From a virus, in IMG/VR virus record IMGVR_UViG_3300011008_000009, positions 32,001 through 96,000 of that record: 64,000 nucleotides of DNA; one strand, given 5' to 3'. This document shows positions 29,978 to 39,034 of the stretch, in pieces. The notes below the pieces were generated by a model. It was not told the DNA's origin, did not search any database, and saw only the letters and a program-made list of their open reading frames with translations. Each line of letters starts with the position of its first letter. Position 1 is the stretch's first letter. Position numbers and translations under genes: made by a program.

Positions 29978-29995
29978 GGGATTTGACCCTTGACT
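29972..29995 (-). terminator. rho-independent terminator whose 3' arm and T-run form the next promoter's -35 box
   Basis: agtcaaggg-6 nt-cccttgact is a 9-bp stem. The minus-strand RNA continues UUUUU. Confidence 0.7.
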
Positions 29996-30003
29996 TAATC
30001 GGT

Positions 30004-30345
30004 TTAAAGTATATTCAGATACTTAAGTAAGTTTCTATACTCTCTGTCTAAAAGCAGCGAATCATCTTCGGTATCATCTTTCTTGAAAGTTCCTTTTACG
30101 CTATATTTTATAATAGGAATTTCACCGTACTTTTCAAAATACTTTTCGGAAAGATTTGCTGCCTTATCTATGAGTTCCTGTATCTCTTTCTGCTTACTTT
30201 CTTTCTCTGCCTTCAGCGCTGCCTTTCTCTTGTCTTCCGCCGCCTTTTCAGCATTGGCTATACAATCGCGTTCGCACTGGTTTCTTTCAGCTACGGTGTT
30301 GTATCTCTTACCACATATTCCACAAGTATAAATCTGTTCTCTCAT
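30004..30345 (-). CDS. small Zn-finger / coiled-coil protein
   Basis: CGICGKRY...ERNQCERDC followed by a K/E-rich helix. Confidence 0.55.
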   Translation of the reverse strand: MREQIYTCGICGKRYNTVAERNQCERDCIANAEKAAEDKRKAALKAEKESKQKEIQELIDKAANLSEKYFEKYGEIPIIKYSVKGTFKKDDTEDDSLLLDREYRNLLKYLNIL

Positions 30346-31517
30346 TTTTTAATACCTCTCTTTAATAATATTATTGTAGTGAAACCTATTGTATATAATC
30401 CAAGTAATACCCAAAGTACCGGCATATATGCTCCCGTAACACCAAATACAATAGAACTAATATTGTTACCTACTAATCCTGCTATTCCCCAAGCAGTTAA
30501 TGACAGTCCGTGTATTGCACTAAGTCTGTTCATTCCATAGATATCAGATAACAATGTTGGCATATTACTAAAGCCAGCGCCATAAGTGCTAGAAATAATG
30601 CATAGACCAATAATAGTAACTATAATATTCTGTGTTAATAGCATAAGTACCATTGTGGCTACGGATATTAGAAAAATTACTAAGTAGATGTTCACTCTAC
30701 TATTAAGTTTATCAGAAATTGCGGAAAAAGTCAAACGTCCGAGTCCATTGCAAATTCCCATAATAGCAACTGCTGTTGCCGCGAGTCCAGGACCACAATT
30801 AATTGATACTAGTAAAGGAGATGCAATAGATATTAACGCTAGACCACACGCAATATTTAAAAAGAACATTAACCAAATTTTTCTAAATTTGCTGTCCTTA
30901 AACATAGTTAAAACTTTAAAATCATCTTTTGTAGTTTGTTCTACATAATTAGGCGGTCGCTTAATTAGTATAGAAGCTAATATTAAAGGTATTACTGATA
31001 TGGCGGCAAAACCTAAAAATGTAACAGTTAGATTAGTTGTTTCAAGTAAAAAGGTAAGTATAGGAGTAGCTATTGTACTTGCAAAACCAAAGCCCATAAT
31101 TGCTATTCCAGTTGCCACACCTTTGTGTTCAGTAAACCATAGCATTAGGTTTTTAATAGGTGTTAAATATCCTATGCCAAGTCCACATCCCATAAGAACA
31201 CCATATCCTAAGTATATAAGCCATATGGATTGCAACCAAGAGCCGAGCGCCGTAACGAGCAGACCGCCGCAGAAGAACAGCACACATAATCGAGAGCTTA
31301 GCTTAATATTGTGTTCAACTAATTTACCCAAGAACGCTGCCGACATTCCAAGAAAGAATATAGCTAAACTAAATGCGAACTGTACCCAAGCCACTGACAT
31401 TCCGACAGCCGCCGTTACGGGGTTTACGAGTAAACTCCAGGCATATACCGAGCCTATTGTACAGTGGATACATAAAGCTGGAATGGCGCCATGTATCCAT
31501 TTTCCTAATTTTCCCAT
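30342..31517 (-). CDS. MFS transporter, oxalate/formate antiporter (OFA)-like family
   Basis: About 12 hydrophobic segments. SVYAWSLLVNP and GLGIGYLTP...WFTEHKGVATGIAIMGFGFAS resemble OFA-family signatures. The start at MGKLGKW is preceded by AAGGAG and overlaps the nrdG stop. Confidence 0.75.
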   Translation of the reverse strand: MGKLGKWIHGAIPALCIHCTIGSVYAWSLLVNPVTAAVGMSVAWVQFAFSLAIFFLGMSAAFLGKLVEHNIKLSSRLCVLFFCGGLLVTALGSWLQSIWLIYLGYGVLMGCGLGIGYLTPIKNLMLWFTEHKGVATGIAIMGFGFASTIATPILTFLLETTNLTVTFLGFAAISVIPLILASILIKRPPNYVEQTTKDDFKVLTMFKDSKFRKIWLMFFLNIACGLALISIASPLLVSINCGPGLAATAVAIMGICNGLGRLTFSAISDKLNSRVNIYLVIFLISVATMVLMLLTQNIIVTIIGLCIISSTYGAGFSNMPTLLSDIYGMNRLSAIHGLSLTAWGIAGLVGNNISSIVFGVTGAYMPVLWVLLGLYTIGFTTIILLKRGIKK

Positions 31518-31999
31518 AAAACAACTTCTCCTTTTAATAGTGATTCTTGCACATCTATAATGCATTGATTGCTTGAACCTCTAAATTTTAGTGTAATATC
31601 TCGCTTATCTATCTCAAAAGGTCCGTCAACCAAAACGTCTATATATTGTAGTATTCTTAAATTTTTAGATAGTTGTTCAAAAGTAAAACCAGTATAGCAC
31701 CAAATAGTTTTGTCTTTATACTCATTCTTTATATCCTGTAAAAAAGATAATAATGTTTCATTACTACTATGATATATAGGGTCGCCGCCGGTTAGTGTTA
31801 AACCTTTAATGTAAGGATTTTTTAATAACTGTTTAATATTATTAATTTCAGCTTCTCCAAAAGGCTTTCCTGCATTAAAGTCCCAACTTTCTGGATTATG
31901 ACAACCTTTACAATGGTGGTCACAGCCAGAGAGCCAGAGGGTTACTCTGACTCCTGGACCATTAGCTACATCAAATTCATCTATTGCTAAATAATTCAT
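31505..31999 (-). CDS. nrdG: anaerobic ribonucleotide reductase activating protein (radical SAM)
   Basis: GCDHHCKGCHN is the CxxxCxxC cluster. GLTLTGGDP. It starts 2 nt after the nrdD stop. Confidence 0.85.
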   Translation of the reverse strand: MNYLAIDEFDVANGPGVRVTLWLSGCDHHCKGCHNPESWDFNAGKPFGEAEINNIKQLLKNPYIKGLTLTGGDPIYHSSNETLLSFLQDIKNEYKDKTIWCYTGFTFEQLSKNLRILQYIDVLVDGPFEIDKRDITLKFRGSSNQCIIDVQESLLKGEVVLWEN

Positions 32000-32001
32000 A
32001 C

Positions 32002-32493
32002 TTACCTCTTCCAGTTCGGTAATTCTTTTGAGTGCTTATATCTCATTTCAACTTCTTGCTGTTTACCTTTATTAAAAGCAGTTGTATAATTTCCTGTTAA
32101 ATAACCTGTTACTCGTCTTAATCTGCTAATGTCTGCGCTTCCACACTGTGGACAAACCTCATTAATTTCATCAGTATAACCGCATTGATTACACATATCA
32201 TTAGGAACATTAATAGCAAAATAAGGAACGTCCTTATCCATAGCGTAATTTACTAATGTTTCAAGTGCTTCGAGGTTATTTTTTACTGTACTTTCTAACT
32301 CTACATAAGTTATGCATCCAGCATTTGAATAATTAACGAGCTGTGCTTCTATATCTATTTTCTCAAAAGGATTTAATTTTTTCCATACCGGAACGTGCAT
32401 AGAGTTAGTGAAGAACTCTTTATCAGAAACATTCTTTATAATTCCATACTTTTCTTGGAATTTCTTCATCGCGGTATAGCATAAATTCTCAGC
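32002..32493 (-). CDS. nrdD: class III (anaerobic) ribonucleotide reductase NrdD, exon 3
   Basis: The frame is open upstream of the track ATG and reads AENLCYTAMKKFQEKYG. A Zn-ribbon CNQCGY...CPQCG follows, then the glycyl-radical motif RRVTGYL. Confidence 0.85.
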   Translation of the reverse strand, partial: AENLCYTAMKKFQEKYGIIKNVSDKEFFTNSMHVPVWKKLNPFEKIDIEAQLVNYSNAGCITYVELESTVKNNLEALETLVNYAMDKDVPYFAINVPNDMCNQCGYTDEINEVCPQCGSADISRLRRVTGYLTGNYTTAFNKGKQQEVEMRYKHSKELPNWKR

Positions 32494-33445
32494 CGTTTTT
32501 ACCCTCGGTTTCCCGATATTTGATAGGGGACTAGACTATATTATCATCTTATTATCTTTCTCATATAATAAGAGCCTTATCTTTTGCTTTATCAGCTACT
32601 CTACTCGCTTCTTCACTTTAGATTTTAACTAAAGCTATGCTTTCGATAGTCGTTAGAGAACAAAACCTTTTTCATCATATTCTTTAAGAAATCTATAATA
32701 GTAACCTTTTCTTGGTTTAGTTTTTAGTTTGTGGTTGCATTGGTACAAGATACCAGTTTTTGTCATACCAGTTTCTCTTGTTGCTTCACCAACCGAACCA
32801 TATTTTTTTATAAGATTAAAATTAAGGTCGAATTGACATACTGCTATAGATTGATTATCATCCCAACTCTTAGCATTTACTGCTAGCCCATCTCTATAAG
32901 CGCCTTGAGTGTTTTCTTGGACCGTGCCCCATTTGAGATTTAAATAATTGTTATTAGTTTTATCATTATCTAAATGTAACACTATTGATTGATTGTTAGG
33001 ATTTGGAACATAGGCCTCGGCAACCAATATATGTACTCTTCTTTGTCTTTGTCCAGTTGGATAAGTTATATTGCAATAACAATATCCATTACTTTTATTA
33101 ACAAAAACTGACTTTTTAAACATTTTATTATTGCCGTAATCTTTGTAAATTTGACCGTCGGGAGTAATATAATCTGTATTACTGTCTTTTATTAATCTTA
33201 GTTCTTCGGTTATTAAGTTTTTGTCTATTAGTTGATTTTCCAATTTTCTTTTAGCCATTTTTATCACCTCACTTTAAAGTGAAAGGTAACTTATTATACT
33301 CTAAAGAAAATCTGTGATAAGGTTTTATCCTACGGGATTAGCCTGCCTTACGGTTTAGCCTCTCTTACCATCTTATTACGATTGCCCGTTTAATAAGGTT
33401 ATTTTTTCACATAATCACTTATGCGACACCCAATCTGAGAGTTTT
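32494..33445 (-). mobile_element. group I intron (nrdD intron 2) carrying an HNH homing endonuclease
   Basis: Exon 2 ends ACA CCU|, after U. The intron ends ...GUAAAAACG|, after G. Joining gives YYTP-AENLC, equivalent to E. coli YSTPSENLC. CUAACGACUAUCGAAAGC and GAUAAUAUAGUCUAG elements are present. Confidence 0.8.
32653..33258 (-). CDS. HNH homing endonuclease
   Basis: HILVAEAYV...VLHLDNDKTNNNYLNLKWGTVQEN is the HNH core. The C-terminus has an IENR/HTH-like GSVGEATRETGMTKTGI. The start at MAKRK follows GAGGTGA. Confidence 0.8.
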   Translation of the reverse strand: MAKRKLENQLIDKNLITEELRLIKDSNTDYITPDGQIYKDYGNNKMFKKSVFVNKSNGYCYCNITYPTGQRQRRVHILVAEAYVPNPNNQSIVLHLDNDKTNNNYLNLKWGTVQENTQGAYRDGLAVNAKSWDDNQSIAVCQFDLNFNLIKKYGSVGEATRETGMTKTGILYQCNHKLKTKPRKGYYYRFLKEYDEKGFVL

Positions 33446-33967
33446 AGGTGTATAATATACTCCAAAATTCAGCTTATACTTTTGCTTAAATTCTGCACAT
33501 CTAGTTTTGAATAACTGTTCAATGCGCTTAGCCAGCTCCATTCCTTCGGGTTCGGTATGGTCTTTACCAATTAATATCTGTAAAGTTTCTGCCAATCCTA
33601 ACTGACCAATAGCAAGTGTTCCGTGCTTTAACGCACTACGAATACCCTCTTCGGGTTTGTAGCCAAGCATAAGACCGTTTTCGTACATAAAGGTCGCACT
33701 TTCTTCGTTTTGAGAACAAATCCACTCAAAGCGCTCTATTAATGTATCTTTTGCTTCGCTTATCTTTTTATCAAGTAATTGTAGGAACAGAGAGGAAATG
33801 TCATTGTCATATTCATAATTACACAATTCTTTAGCCATCATAGCAATAGTTGGCATAATAATGGTAACAGGACAAATATTTCCACGTCCGTCTTTAGTTT
33901 GCGGGTTAACGCCTTCTTCCGCATTAATATCGGCGCCATTGTATGTACGACAACCCCTTGTCGTAAT
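33446..33967 (-). CDS. nrdD: class III ribonucleotide reductase NrdD, exon 2
   Basis: ITTRGCRTYNG...DGRGNICPVTIIMP corresponds to E. coli SPMGCRSFL...GRNNLGVISLNLP. Confidence 0.8.
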
Positions 33968-34801
33968 CATTAGACTATGTCATCTTCCAATATTGTAATA
34001 ACCTTTATTGGAAGCCTATCGTTTTGGGGACAATGGACCCCTACTCTACTCACTTCTTCATATTAGTATTTTTCTAATATTATGCTTTCGATAGTCGTTG
34101 AGCTTTTAATATTAATAAGTATTACTTAAAATATCTACGAACACCAATTTTTCCTAAATCTTTATGGTGCCAATCTTTATAAAACCAACCTCTATTAATT
34201 GAAGCCTGAATGGTATTTCTTGACATAGGATAATCTATCAATAAATCTTCTCTACTAGAATATTCCTTGATAAGACTTCCAGTACTATAATCAAACACTT
34301 GATAGTAGGCATCTCCAGAACGGTGAGGTACATGAACGTGACGTAAATCGTTTCTGAAAGCGTGTAAATCATTTTCACTTCTTGTTACCCATTCTAAGTT
34401 ATCAGCCGCATTGTTTAATTTATTACCATCTTTGTGATTTACAACTAATTCTTCTTGGTAGCCATCACAAAAGTGATACGCAACCAAACGATGTATAAAA
34501 AAACGTTTCTTTACCGGAGCATATAATACTACTCGTCTATAACCACAAGTATTTATATCTCCTTTAAGTATTTGTTTGGTTTTATAATTTCGCACATTTC
34601 CTAAATTACTAACTTCATAATAGGTTTCATAATTTTTAATTGGTTTCCAAATTTCTTTCATACGCCCAATTCCTCCTTAAGAATATGGCTTTTATTAATA
34701 TATTTAGCACACGAGTAACGTCTTAGACGCTTCCTCCGTTTAGATAGGTTTATTTATACTACATTACTGTAGCAGACCACAGGTTGGTTTATGGTCGATA
34801 C
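33968..34801 (-). mobile_element. group I intron (nrdD intron 1) carrying an HNH homing endonuclease
   Basis: The RNA contains CUAUCUAAACGGAGG...CGUGUGCUAAAU (T4 td-like P3-P6 region), CUCAACGACUAUCGAAAGC and GAAGAUGACAUAGUCUAAUG| at the 3' end. The proposed join is KTY|ITTRGCR, with U before the 5' splice site and G before the 3' splice site. The 5' junction is less certain, by a few nt. Confidence 0.7.
34122..34661 (-). CDS. HNH homing endonuclease (NUMOD4-like N-terminus)
   Basis: EIWKPIKNYETYYEVSNLGNVRN...HRLVAYHF...VNHKDGNKLNNAADNLEWVTRSEN. AAGGAGG precedes the ATG. Confidence 0.85.
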   Translation of the reverse strand: MKEIWKPIKNYETYYEVSNLGNVRNYKTKQILKGDINTCGYRRVVLYAPVKKRFFIHRLVAYHFCDGYQEELVVNHKDGNKLNNAADNLEWVTRSENDLHAFRNDLRHVHVPHRSGDAYYQVFDYSTGSLIKEYSSREDLLIDYPMSRNTIQASINRGWFYKDWHHKDLGKIGVRRYFK

Positions 34802-37003
34802 ATAGGTTTTCGGATCCTCTCTGTTGTATCCAGCATTAGTGGACCAGTCTACATTAGCATAATTAGGATAAAGTCTTTTCGCAGTTGACCGTAATGCTAA
34901 TTTAAATAAATCATAATTTGGGTCTCCAGGCTTTCTATTAACTCCTATCATACACTGGAAAATTCCACAAGGAAATACAGGTGTTTTATGAAGTTTACCT
35001 ACACCCTTAATAGAACCGTGTAAAAGAGCCTCGGTCACCATTCTACCTTCGGTAAGTGTACAAGTACCATAGTTGATAGAAGTAAAAGGAAGCTGATTTC
35101 CTGCTCTACTTTGAAGAGTATTTAGGTTGTGATACATACTCTCAGCAGCTTGTTCGGTTTCTTTTATGGTGTGTTTAAGAGCGTACTTATACGCCTTATC
35201 ACAGCTATAAACTTTTCTATCATCTATACTAAATTTATCAATAGCTTCATAAGGAGGAAGCTGATATTTTGTAAGTAAATTTTCTTTTTCATCTTCCAAG
35301 TCAACATCTTCTATAAATGCAAGTGCATCTATATAGTGTTTATAAAAACTCTTTCTTACAAAAGGAACCATTGTCCAATCTAAGTGCGAAGCGGATACTC
35401 CACCGAACTGCTGAAGGCTCTGTAATTGGAAGATAACAGCTAAAAGTTGAAAAGCTGTATTAATAGACTGAGGCGGGCGCACGTCTGTCTGTCTAGTATT
35501 AAATCCTTCTTTAAATAGTTTGTCAAAGGGAATTGTAAGGCAATTACCAGTTGGAATACCATTCTCAAGAACAAAAGCATGTTCATCTTCTACATTCAAA
35601 CACCATACATCGTGTAATTCGGTGTCCTCTTGAGTTATATCCTTTACATACCAATTGAATTTATTTGAATGTTGTCCAAAAAATTGATAATTTTTAGTGT
35701 ATCCTCTAACAGTATAGTTGGTTTCTTGCCCAGTCTTATCTTTTATTGAATTTACATACAAACCAGCAACTGGGAAATATTCTTCCACAAAATCACATAA
35801 TTCTTTGCTTGTAAATTGGATGCTATAAATAGGTTTTCCCGTAGTAGCGGAAACGCTATGAGTTCCGTCAGCATCGTACAAACCGTGGATAAAACTAATT
35901 AGACATTCCAATGGTAGATTGGTGAAATCTGGAATGGTTTTGTCATATTTAATACCTGTAATTTCCGGCTCTTGTGAAGAACAATTTAAACCATATCCTA
36001 TTTCTTGGAAACGATATAAATATTTCGCTTTATCCTTACATAATTTTACTTTAGTGAAATTTGATTTATAATATTTCTTTTCTTTTTTAGAATATCTTGT
36101 TTCAATAATTCCGTCCCCCATAATAAAACCATAGCACCAATATTCTTTTCCGAGTAAACTTAAAGATTCAAAATCAAAATCTTCCCAAAACCACGGAGAG
36201 TCTAAAAGTTTATCATTAATAGACAATCCTTCTTGGAAGTCCCCGTCTATATTTATCCACCTGTGGTCTTCTGTTGATTTTATGGTTATTTCTGTCCTAT
36301 TCTTTTTTAAAGTATAAGACAATAATTTTTGTTTTCCATGGTAGTTTACAGTTGCTTTCCTCCAAACTCCACTTGGAGTTAGCACAGTAACGATATCCCC
36401 GTCTTTAAAATTACTAAAAGCCTTAACTCCTTCAGAGGTTATAAATCTTGTAGAGGGGTCGAAACAGTTATGCGAACCAACTGCGTAATCAGTTAAATCG
36501 TGTATGTAAATGATATTGTCTATATGATTACGGCGCGAAGTCTCTGACATATAATCTTCCAATGCTATTTTCTTCATCAGCAGATCAGTTACTTCACCCT
36601 TTCTACCATTAAAAGACTTTTCATCTACGTTAGCGTTTTGGTGTTGAGGGTCTGCCGCCGTTAATTTCTTCTTAACGTCCTTCATTAAAGAAGCATATCT
36701 ATCTCTTGCTAAAGCGTGACGATAGCGATAGGTAATGAAGTTTTTAGCCATTATCTGGTCATACTTCATTAACTCTTGTTCTATAATATCTTGAACATCT
36801 TCTATGAAAACTTGCTCACCATATTTATCTGCTACTATTTGTGTGATTTCTTCTGTCATTTTCCGCAAATCTTTTGAGAAATCTTTTGTTGAGCATTCGG
36901 GATAGGTGTCGAGCGCGGCATTGGTGAGAGCATTGTAAATTTTACTTGGGTTAAAAGATACTTTACTTCCATTTCTTTTGATTGCATATTTTGTTGTACT
37001 CAT
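34802..37003 (-). CDS. nrdD: class III ribonucleotide reductase NrdD, exon 1 (ATP-cone and N-terminal barrel), interrupted in frame by an intein
   Basis: ATP-cone YAIKRNGSKVSFNPSKI. ...YIHDLTDYAVGSHN[intein]CLTIPFDKL. The track ORF tail after ...KTY (34754-34801) is read-through into the intron. Confidence 0.85.
35543..36466 (-). mobile_element. intein (308 aa) with a LAGLIDADG endonuclease domain inside NrdD
   Basis: Starts CFDPSTRFITSEG (block A). STEDHRW is block B. YGFIMGDGI and IHGLYDADGT are the LAGLIDADG motifs. Ends FVLENGIPTGN, followed by extein Cys. Confidence 0.85.
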
Positions 37004-37021
37004 TAATATTCTCCTTATATG

Positions 37022-37052
37022 AAAAAATCAAGAGATTATTTCTAATCTCTTG
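37022..37052 (-). terminator. rho-independent terminator immediately upstream of nrdD
   Basis: caagagatt-6 nt-aatctcttg is a 9-bp stem followed on the minus strand by UUUUUU. Confidence 0.7.
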
Positions 37053-37059
37053 TCGAAAA

Positions 37060-37461
37060 TTATTTTACATCCATATCCATCATTATTTCAAAATACTCAT
37101 CAACGTGATGATTGCCGTGAACATCATGATAATCTTGATGTAACTCAACCAAATCTTTTTTATCGGCTACTGTTATGTATCCTCGTGCAGAACTTCTATC
37201 ATAAATGGTCATTATTGAATGTCCTAGCTTAGCTCGTTCTCTCTTTTCTGAGTTGTTTAGTTTTTCAACTAAATTAGTTAAGCTATCGTTGATAGGTTTC
37301 AGTTGTTCATTAAATTCATCTTTAGTTATTGTTATAATCCATTCCTTTAGCCATTGCTTAGGTTTTTTAAACACTAAAGAAATTAAAGCAACCAGAGCCA
37401 TAATAGCACTACAAACGGAGCCGATAGTAATAATAGTTGTAATTATTGGTTCCATACTCAC
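37060..37461 (-). CDS. membrane-anchored hypothetical protein
   Basis: N-terminal hydrophobic helix IITTIITIGSVCSAIMALVALISLVF. Confidence 0.6.
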   Translation of the reverse strand: MSMEPIITTIITIGSVCSAIMALVALISLVFKKPKQWLKEWIITITKDEFNEQLKPINDSLTNLVEKLNNSEKRERAKLGHSIMTIYDRSSARGYITVADKKDLVELHQDYHDVHGNHHVDEYFEIMMDMDVK

Positions 37462-37518
37462 CCTCCTATTGTTTCTGTCAAAAAATAAGTAAAAGGGCTT
37501 ATAAAGAACTCCAATTTT

Positions 37519-37905
37519 TTACTTCGGCGGCTTCAAGATATAGTTATGACGCTTATCCGTTACTACAAAATGTGGATTAGTAAAAATTTTTTCGTAAGTA
37601 AGATTTTCTATCTCCCAATAAGGTATCCTAATTAATTTGATATTTTTTAACAGACAATAGTGATTTTTCTTTTGGTCATATGCCTGTTGGCGCCGAAATT
37701 CTGATTTTCCGTGTATTGGGTGAAAATGATATTCTCCGTCTACCTCAATGAGACACAATAATAATCCTTTATTATATATAGCAAAATCAAATCTTAGAGG
37801 GGTATTTTTCATACCTGAAAGACCAGGGAAAGTCACTTCTCTTTTATAGCTGACTTTCCCCTTGAGTAAGTTCTCTACTTTCTTTTCATAACTACTTGTC
37901 GCCAT
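37519..37905 (-). CDS. PD-(D/E)XK-type nuclease-like protein (Vsr/DUF559-like core)
   Basis: FDFAIY...LIEVDGEYHF...QKK pattern. Confidence 0.45.
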   Translation of the reverse strand: MATSSYEKKVENLLKGKVSYKREVTFPGLSGMKNTPLRFDFAIYNKGLLLCLIEVDGEYHFHPIHGKSEFRRQQAYDQKKNHYCLLKNIKLIRIPYWEIENLTYEKIFTNPHFVVTDKRHNYILKPPK

Positions 37906-39022
37906 ACACCTTCTCCCAAGTGCAGTCCTTCCAAGTTATATCGTCTCTGAATTGGAGTATCTTACCGTGACGAAGGCAACCACTTTCATTATCCAATTCC
38001 ATAGCACTAACTAGGCAAGGTTTATTAATGTAGCTTTCATCTCTATTGGCTATTGCAATTTTGACTTCATCAGATACCCCGCTTATCCAACCAATGGGTA
38101 TTATCTCTTGTGTGGACTCTTTATATAGTCCAATCTCCAGAGAGCCGGGAACTCCATTGAAGTAATTAGCTTTGACGGGAACGATGTCTGCGCCGTTAAC
38201 ATACTTCTCATAATACTTACCTTTCATCTTGGCGTGTGTTAAATTGCTTTCCCAGAACAGCCAATCTTCTATATTCTTTCCTTCATAAATTCGATTAGCC
38301 ATTTTGTAGTTGCCCGTGAGGAAAGCATCTATTGGAGTATCCAATTCTTTCTTTATCTTTAAAGTTTTTCTAGCTGTGCGCTTGCCAGGCTCTGCGTGTG
38401 ATGTAGCTTTTGTAATTACTATACCTTCTTCATCATTTTCTCTTGCCCACTGAAGAAGCTCCCATAACTCCGAACCCCGTTTATAACGTGCTATTTCTAC
38501 ATACGGCGCGCTTATAGTGCCTTCCAGATGTATGGTTAGCTGTTTGAGCATCTTAATTCTATCTGTTGCTGCTATGTCCAATAGCGACTGTCCATTATAA
38601 GCCCATATATCGAATATGTAATAGTGTAATGGATTGGTTTTCTGACGTTCGAGCGCCTTAGGAGTAAGACACCCAAGTATAGTGGTTACATTCTTACTGC
38701 CCGGATTGTCGGGGAAGTAGGCTTCTCCAAGTAATACAGTGCCATTGGGAAGTCTATCAAAGAAGCTATTGAACTGGGGTACTTTGTCTATTTTGTTGAT
38801 GTAGCCGCCGTTTACGCTTTCACTTCTGCCCTGCCAAGACATTTCACCATTCTCGTCCTTAACGAAACGCATATAGTGACCGTCTTTCTTTATGGCGCCG
38901 ATATAGTCTCCAGACATAATGTGGTTTTTGATTTCGTGCTTTTTCTTGTTCTGGTCGTATCCTTTGGTGTACTCCCAATATTTTTCAGCGGGCAAATTGA
39001 AAAAATCTATTCCAGAAATCAT
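37892..39022 (-). CDS. ATP-dependent DNA ligase
   Basis: Adenylation motif AIKKDGHYMRF (KxDG), LLGEAY, EGIVITK and a C-terminal OB-like region. Confidence 0.8.
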   Translation of the reverse strand: MISGIDFFNLPAEKYWEYTKGYDQNKKKHEIKNHIMSGDYIGAIKKDGHYMRFVKDENGEMSWQGRSESVNGGYINKIDKVPQFNSFFDRLPNGTVLLGEAYFPDNPGSKNVTTILGCLTPKALERQKTNPLHYYIFDIWAYNGQSLLDIAATDRIKMLKQLTIHLEGTISAPYVEIARYKRGSELWELLQWARENDEEGIVITKATSHAEPGKRTARKTLKIKKELDTPIDAFLTGNYKMANRIYEGKNIEDWLFWESNLTHAKMKGKYYEKYVNGADIVPVKANYFNGVPGSLEIGLYKESTQEIIPIGWISGVSDEVKIAIANRDESYINKPCLVSAMELDNESGCLRHGKILQFRDDITWKDCTWEKVYGDK

Positions 39023-39034
39023 ATAATTCTCCTT

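Noticed and set aside
277-31560. Many 60-190-aa ORFs in the track lying antisense or out of frame inside long genes. Examples: 277..507, 3415..3603, 4489..4707, 5152..5394, 5285..5482, 6987..7190, 8075..8314, 12263..12493, 12813..13139, 14101..14894, 17053..17346, 18755..18946, 19664..19846, 21961..22182, 22482..22748, 22726..23019, 23424..23627, 24338..24637, 27746..28048, 27844..28044, 28496..28756, 29443..29754, 30083..30331, 30688..30948, 31000..31560.
   Set aside because: They are shadow ORFs of well-supported genes with recognisable motifs. They have low-complexity or hydrophobic composition typical of antisense AT-rich coding sequence, and no ribosome-binding sites.
34754-34801. C-terminal tail (...VSTINQPVVCYSNVV) of track ORF 34754..37003, and the analogous tails and heads of the other exon ORFs (e.g. 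...DSDK, MGNV..., ...TPKTLRLGVA, MRVCID upstream region).
   Set aside because: These are read-through into intron sequence, or chance ATGs inside exons. The conserved protein motifs are restored only when the introns are removed.
37462-37518. TTGACA-like hexamer upstream of ORF 37060..37461.
   Set aside because: There is no acceptable -10 element at 16-18 nt. The sequence there is the ribosome-binding region.
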